Below, one piece after another: positions 40,031-43,927 of a DNA stretch of 43,927 bases (position 1 is the first letter of the stretch; the number at the start of each line of letters is the position of its first letter). Below the pieces are notes generated by a model. The model did not search any database and was not told the DNA's origin. It saw only the letters and a program-made list of their open reading frames with translations. The stretch lies in the NCBI RefSeq assembly GCF_001194135.2, contig NC_068988.1:14480558-14524484 (forward strand). The letters are read 5' to 3'. A program made the translations under genes and the position numbers. The DNA is from Octopus bimaculoides (taxonomy: Eukaryota).

Positions 40031-40248
40031 TACAATGTAAGTCAAGGTGTTTACCATTAGAATTATACGTACAATTCACTCTGCGGGCTTCCATACAGTT
40101 TCCGCTTGCTCAGTTTAACTCACAAGGCATGGGTCGTCTCGAGGCTACCGAAAATTATAAATTCCCAAGACGGCTCACTGTTGGATTGAACCAGCGACCT
40201 AGTGGTTGCGTACCGAACTTCTGAACCATTCTGCTGTATTGTGCTTTA

Positions 40249-40285
<37 letters not shown>

Positions 40286-40307
40286 TATCCATATCTATAT
40301 ATATCTA

Positions 40308-40343
<36 letters not shown>

Positions 40344-40353
40344 CATGTGTGTG

Positions 40354-40388
<35 letters not shown>

Positions 40389-40670
40389 GGGGGAATAAGA
40401 GAGAGAGTAAGACTGAGAGAGAGAAAAAAGAGAGATGTATGTAGGTATGTAGGTATGCATGGATGGATGCATACATGTATGATGTTCGCATAAACGTACA
40501 TACTTACAACATATAATACATGCATACATAATCCGATACAATTTGTAAATAGGAGACCAAAGTACCTAATAGATGTAGTAAAGTTTATTCATATATATCT
40601 CTATCTTTTATATATGTCTAAGTGGATATATGCTTGCGCTACGAATCTATGTACATGTATGTATATGTGT

Positions 40671-40721
<51 letters not shown>

Positions 40722-41744
40722 CGGACGTGCGTATGTAAAAATATATAAATACCTTTGTGAAAGTCTATACATGGGCACGTGACGTATGTATGTGTGCCAG
40801 AAGTTATTTTGTAACACTATATTTACGTATCTAATAGATTTACTCCGATATGATAATATTCATTCTAAGTACATTTAAACATCTCGAAAATAATCATTTT
40901 AAACCCTTTAGAAGTAAACAGATTTTTCATTAGCTCTCATTCAATTTTGAGATTGTATTCTAAGAAAATTGAAACTGAAGGCATCAGTAAATCTTCATAT
41001 ATTTCTTATATATTTCATATATTTCCTCTCTTTAATTTTTTTTTACAGTGCTCTTTATGGAAATTCTTTTATCAATAAGAAATATAGAAATATTTTTTAG
41101 ATGTAGGTATAAAGAAATTTCAAAGATAGATCATACAATATTTACAACAAAATGCTGATAGAAATTTATTGAATAGCAAAGAATATTCGAGAAGAAATCG
41201 AATAAGCTTCTTAATTAGATATTGGAAATAAATTTATCAAAACAAATTAAGAAATCTTAGCTTATATGTATATAATCATTAAATGTGGCACATGAAAGTC
41301 TTTTATTGAGTTGATAAATCGATATCTTTATCGTAAGCTCTGGACAAAGTCAAAAAGAGACGCTATGGTTGAGTGAGTAAGGCGTTGACCTTTCACCACG
41401 ATGGCCATCGTCAGTTTATTGGTGATGTTCGTTCTTTGGAACAAGGCATTGAACCGTTCTCGTCTCTGTCTATTTATAAGTATCTTGCGTAATATAGAAG
41501 TGACGAAACGCTAATAGAACTGGAAATTGGGAAGTTACATTCGAAATTGACAAGCTGTTAGCTAAGTTTTAAATTCTGTAAATTAAAGAATGAAAGCATG
41601 TTTCAGAAAGTTGTTTCTTTTTCATGTTAATAATATTCACTGAATTTTAATTACTTCAGAATCTCAGAGTTAATTACTCAGGATTTCTTGAATATTCACA
41701 ACATGCAAAGCTACAAAGAACGCTTAATATATTTAGTTAGTGTT

Positions 41745-41940
41745 TAAGGCAGTGAGCTGGAAGAACGGTTAGCACGTCGGGCAAAATGCTTAGCGGTATT
41801 TCGTCCGTCTTTACGTTCTGAGTTCAAAATCTGCCGAGGTCGACTTTGCTGTTCAATAAAATACGTATCAGTTACGCACTGGGATCGATGTCATCGACAG
41901 GGCCTTCGCCCCCAAAGTTGTTGGCCGTACTAAAATTTGA
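41745..41940 (+). mobile_element. SINE family A copy
   Basis: AAGGCAGTGAGCTGGAAGAACGGTTAGCACGTCGGGCAAAATGCTTAGCGGTATTTCG. Confidence 0.85.
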
Positions 41941-43460
41941 AATCAATATATTTAATGTGTTCTGAGTATGATTTAAAATTGTATCCGGTAGTGAGGTCAT
42001 GGTTGGAGAGTTCCAAAATTTTGAAGAGTGTGGAAATACCTCTTTGCCATTATTGTTCTCATATCTGCTCCGGCCCGGAGTATTAGCATTTTGCAGATTT
42101 GCCTCCGGAAGAAGGTGACTCAAGGCATCCCAACGAACCCAGGGTAGATGAGGCCCTTCAGTTCTTTAGTTGCTCAACTAAGAGAAGGTAACTCCATATA
42201 AATCCTGCATCCTTATAACTACTGGGCTCGTGTTACATGCGCACTGTAATAATATTCACCGTACAGCAAACCAAGATACCAGCACCATAACATTCTTTTC
42301 ACAAGTCCAGTGGCGATAGGGAAAAGGCGACGAGGGCAGGTAGAGGATGCTACTGGAAGTCATTAGCTTTAACCCTGCACACAGGTGACCATAGGCAGAT
42401 AGTTGTTTTCCACAAACTGCTGTGCCTTGCTGAAACCCTCATTCGACGGAGAGACGAGAAAGTCCAGTAATATATTTCATGCAGAGATTATTTAAAAGTT
42501 AACTATAAACAATTGTGATAAGAAAAACGATTGTTAGTCAATGACTAGGCAAGAGGTAAGGGAAACAAGTCCGGGCATAAATTAAATGTTCTAATTTTAA
42601 TATAAAGAGGCGCTGACAGCATATTTAAATGATAAAAAAGATGTGTTTGATTATTTCCAATGTTTTTAACATCATAAATAATCCCAATAAGGTGAAATAC
42701 ACAGATTAGCAGAATATATTAAGCATTATCTAACATTATTCTCTTACGAATCAACCAAGAAAGATAACTTTTAACAGTTTTCACTTCTTAGCTATCGTCG
42801 AAAGAAGCATAGTTTTCAACACTGTTTGCTAACCCTTATATTAACAGGCTTATTGTAGAGAATTGTTTGTAAAAAATGCGGTGTGATGCCAAGAAATGAG
42901 ATTAATTGATAGTTAAATTACAAAGAACCATTGACCTTACACATGAATCAAGGAAATAGGTGTGATTATTTCCATCGGAAATCAAAATAGCAGAATTAAA
43001 TACTATTGTTTTAATTCTACTATTCTTTTTCATATTAGCCCTGGTCGAACGTTGTTATGCACTGTTTGGCTATCAACGCAAACCATCACACTAAAACATA
43101 TTGCATTGTTGAATTGTCTATGCATATTCTCTAATTAATAATAAATTAGCACATTTGTCTTTTAGGCACTTTTAATTGAACTGAGTCAGTTTTGTCTATA
43201 TTGAGAGAATTATTCAATTCATTTTGCTTTCCCTCGCATTTGATATCCAGTATCAATGCTGACAGCAATACGATTGATCCCAGAAAACAGCAGTGAGTTT
43301 CCTTCAGAATGCCAACAAGTAATAATGTTAACGTGTTGACAAATAGAATAACACAGGGATTATTCTGATTGGTGCTTTTGACATGATGTTATAGAACAGG
43401 CACCTCTACAATAATAAAAATTTGGTGGGAGAAGCATGTGTGCGTAGGAATATAAACATG

Positions 43461-43508
<48 letters not shown>

Positions 43509-43645
43509 TGTGGTCTGTGTGTCTGTGCGTGTACATATATATCTATTATGAGTGTATGTGTATAGATAGATATAGATACAGAGAGAGATATGCGTATGTG
43601 TATACAAACATAAATGTATGTTATATATATATTTATATATATATA

Positions 43646-43736
43646 CTAGCAGAAATACCCGGCGTTGCCCGGGTTAAAGAGAATAATGAAATCTAAAAAC
43701 GCCGTCTAGACTACGCATCATCTTTATATATAGAGA
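43646..43736 (-). mobile_element. 91-bp non-autonomous Helitron
   Basis: Minus strand A|TCTCTATATATAAAG ... CCCGGGCAACGCCGGG-TATTTCTG-CTAG|T: 5' TC, subterminal GC hairpin (43658-43673), 3' CTAG, inserted in an AT dinucleotide without TSD. Confidence 0.85.
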
Positions 43737-43927
43737 TGTATATACACACACGCACCCAAACACACGTATATATATGTATATCAATATAAATATATGAAAG
43801 TCAATGAAGTTTCGTAAAAAAGGTGATCATGTACATACTTTCTTGCTGTTGTGATTATAACACCTCATTGTAAACTATGTTCCTTGTTTTCCCTTGTGGA
43901 GCATATACAAATAGGTTTTTTGTTGCT

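Noticed and set aside
42000-42490. GC-richer block resembling a LINE 5' UTR
   Set aside because: Resemblance is impressionistic; no ORF or second copy in the window to support a family call
43251-43292. 42-nt AG...GTGAGT-bounded segment as the next exon
   Set aside because: In-frame peptide LSMLTAIRLIPENS does not resemble the expected loop-B continuation (Y/F-x-Y...W, ~138-144 nt) and would disrupt the fold; the next exon is probably outside the window

Overview
AT-rich, microsatellite-dense eukaryotic scaffold with nine N-gaps. The SINE/LINE/transposon content suggests an octopus (coleoid cephalopod) genome; this is inference. The only host gene I can support is on the + strand: two internal exons of a GABA-A-type Cys-loop receptor subunit resembling insect GRD (221 nt at 5260-5480, 83 nt at 37644-37726). 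They are separated by a ~32.2-kb intron filled with decayed elements: R4/Dong-like LINEs, a hAT transposase, MITEs and many tRNA-derived SINEs. A Penelope RT fragment and a maT/mariner remnant lie upstream, and a 91-bp Helitron lies near the end. The most striking signal is two composite insertions (14474-15764 and 39016-39393) with the same architecture. Each has an exact 13-bp target-site duplication and outward-facing inverted arms of a Penelope-like terminal repeat that carries a minimal hammerhead-ribozyme motif. A 34-35-nt tail is present on the left arm only. Unrelated cargo sits between the arms: a deleted R4/Dong copy in one, and a SINE fragment ~93% identical to a copy 2.3 kb away in the other. 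Most ORFs in the supplied track are microsatellite or N-gap artefacts.
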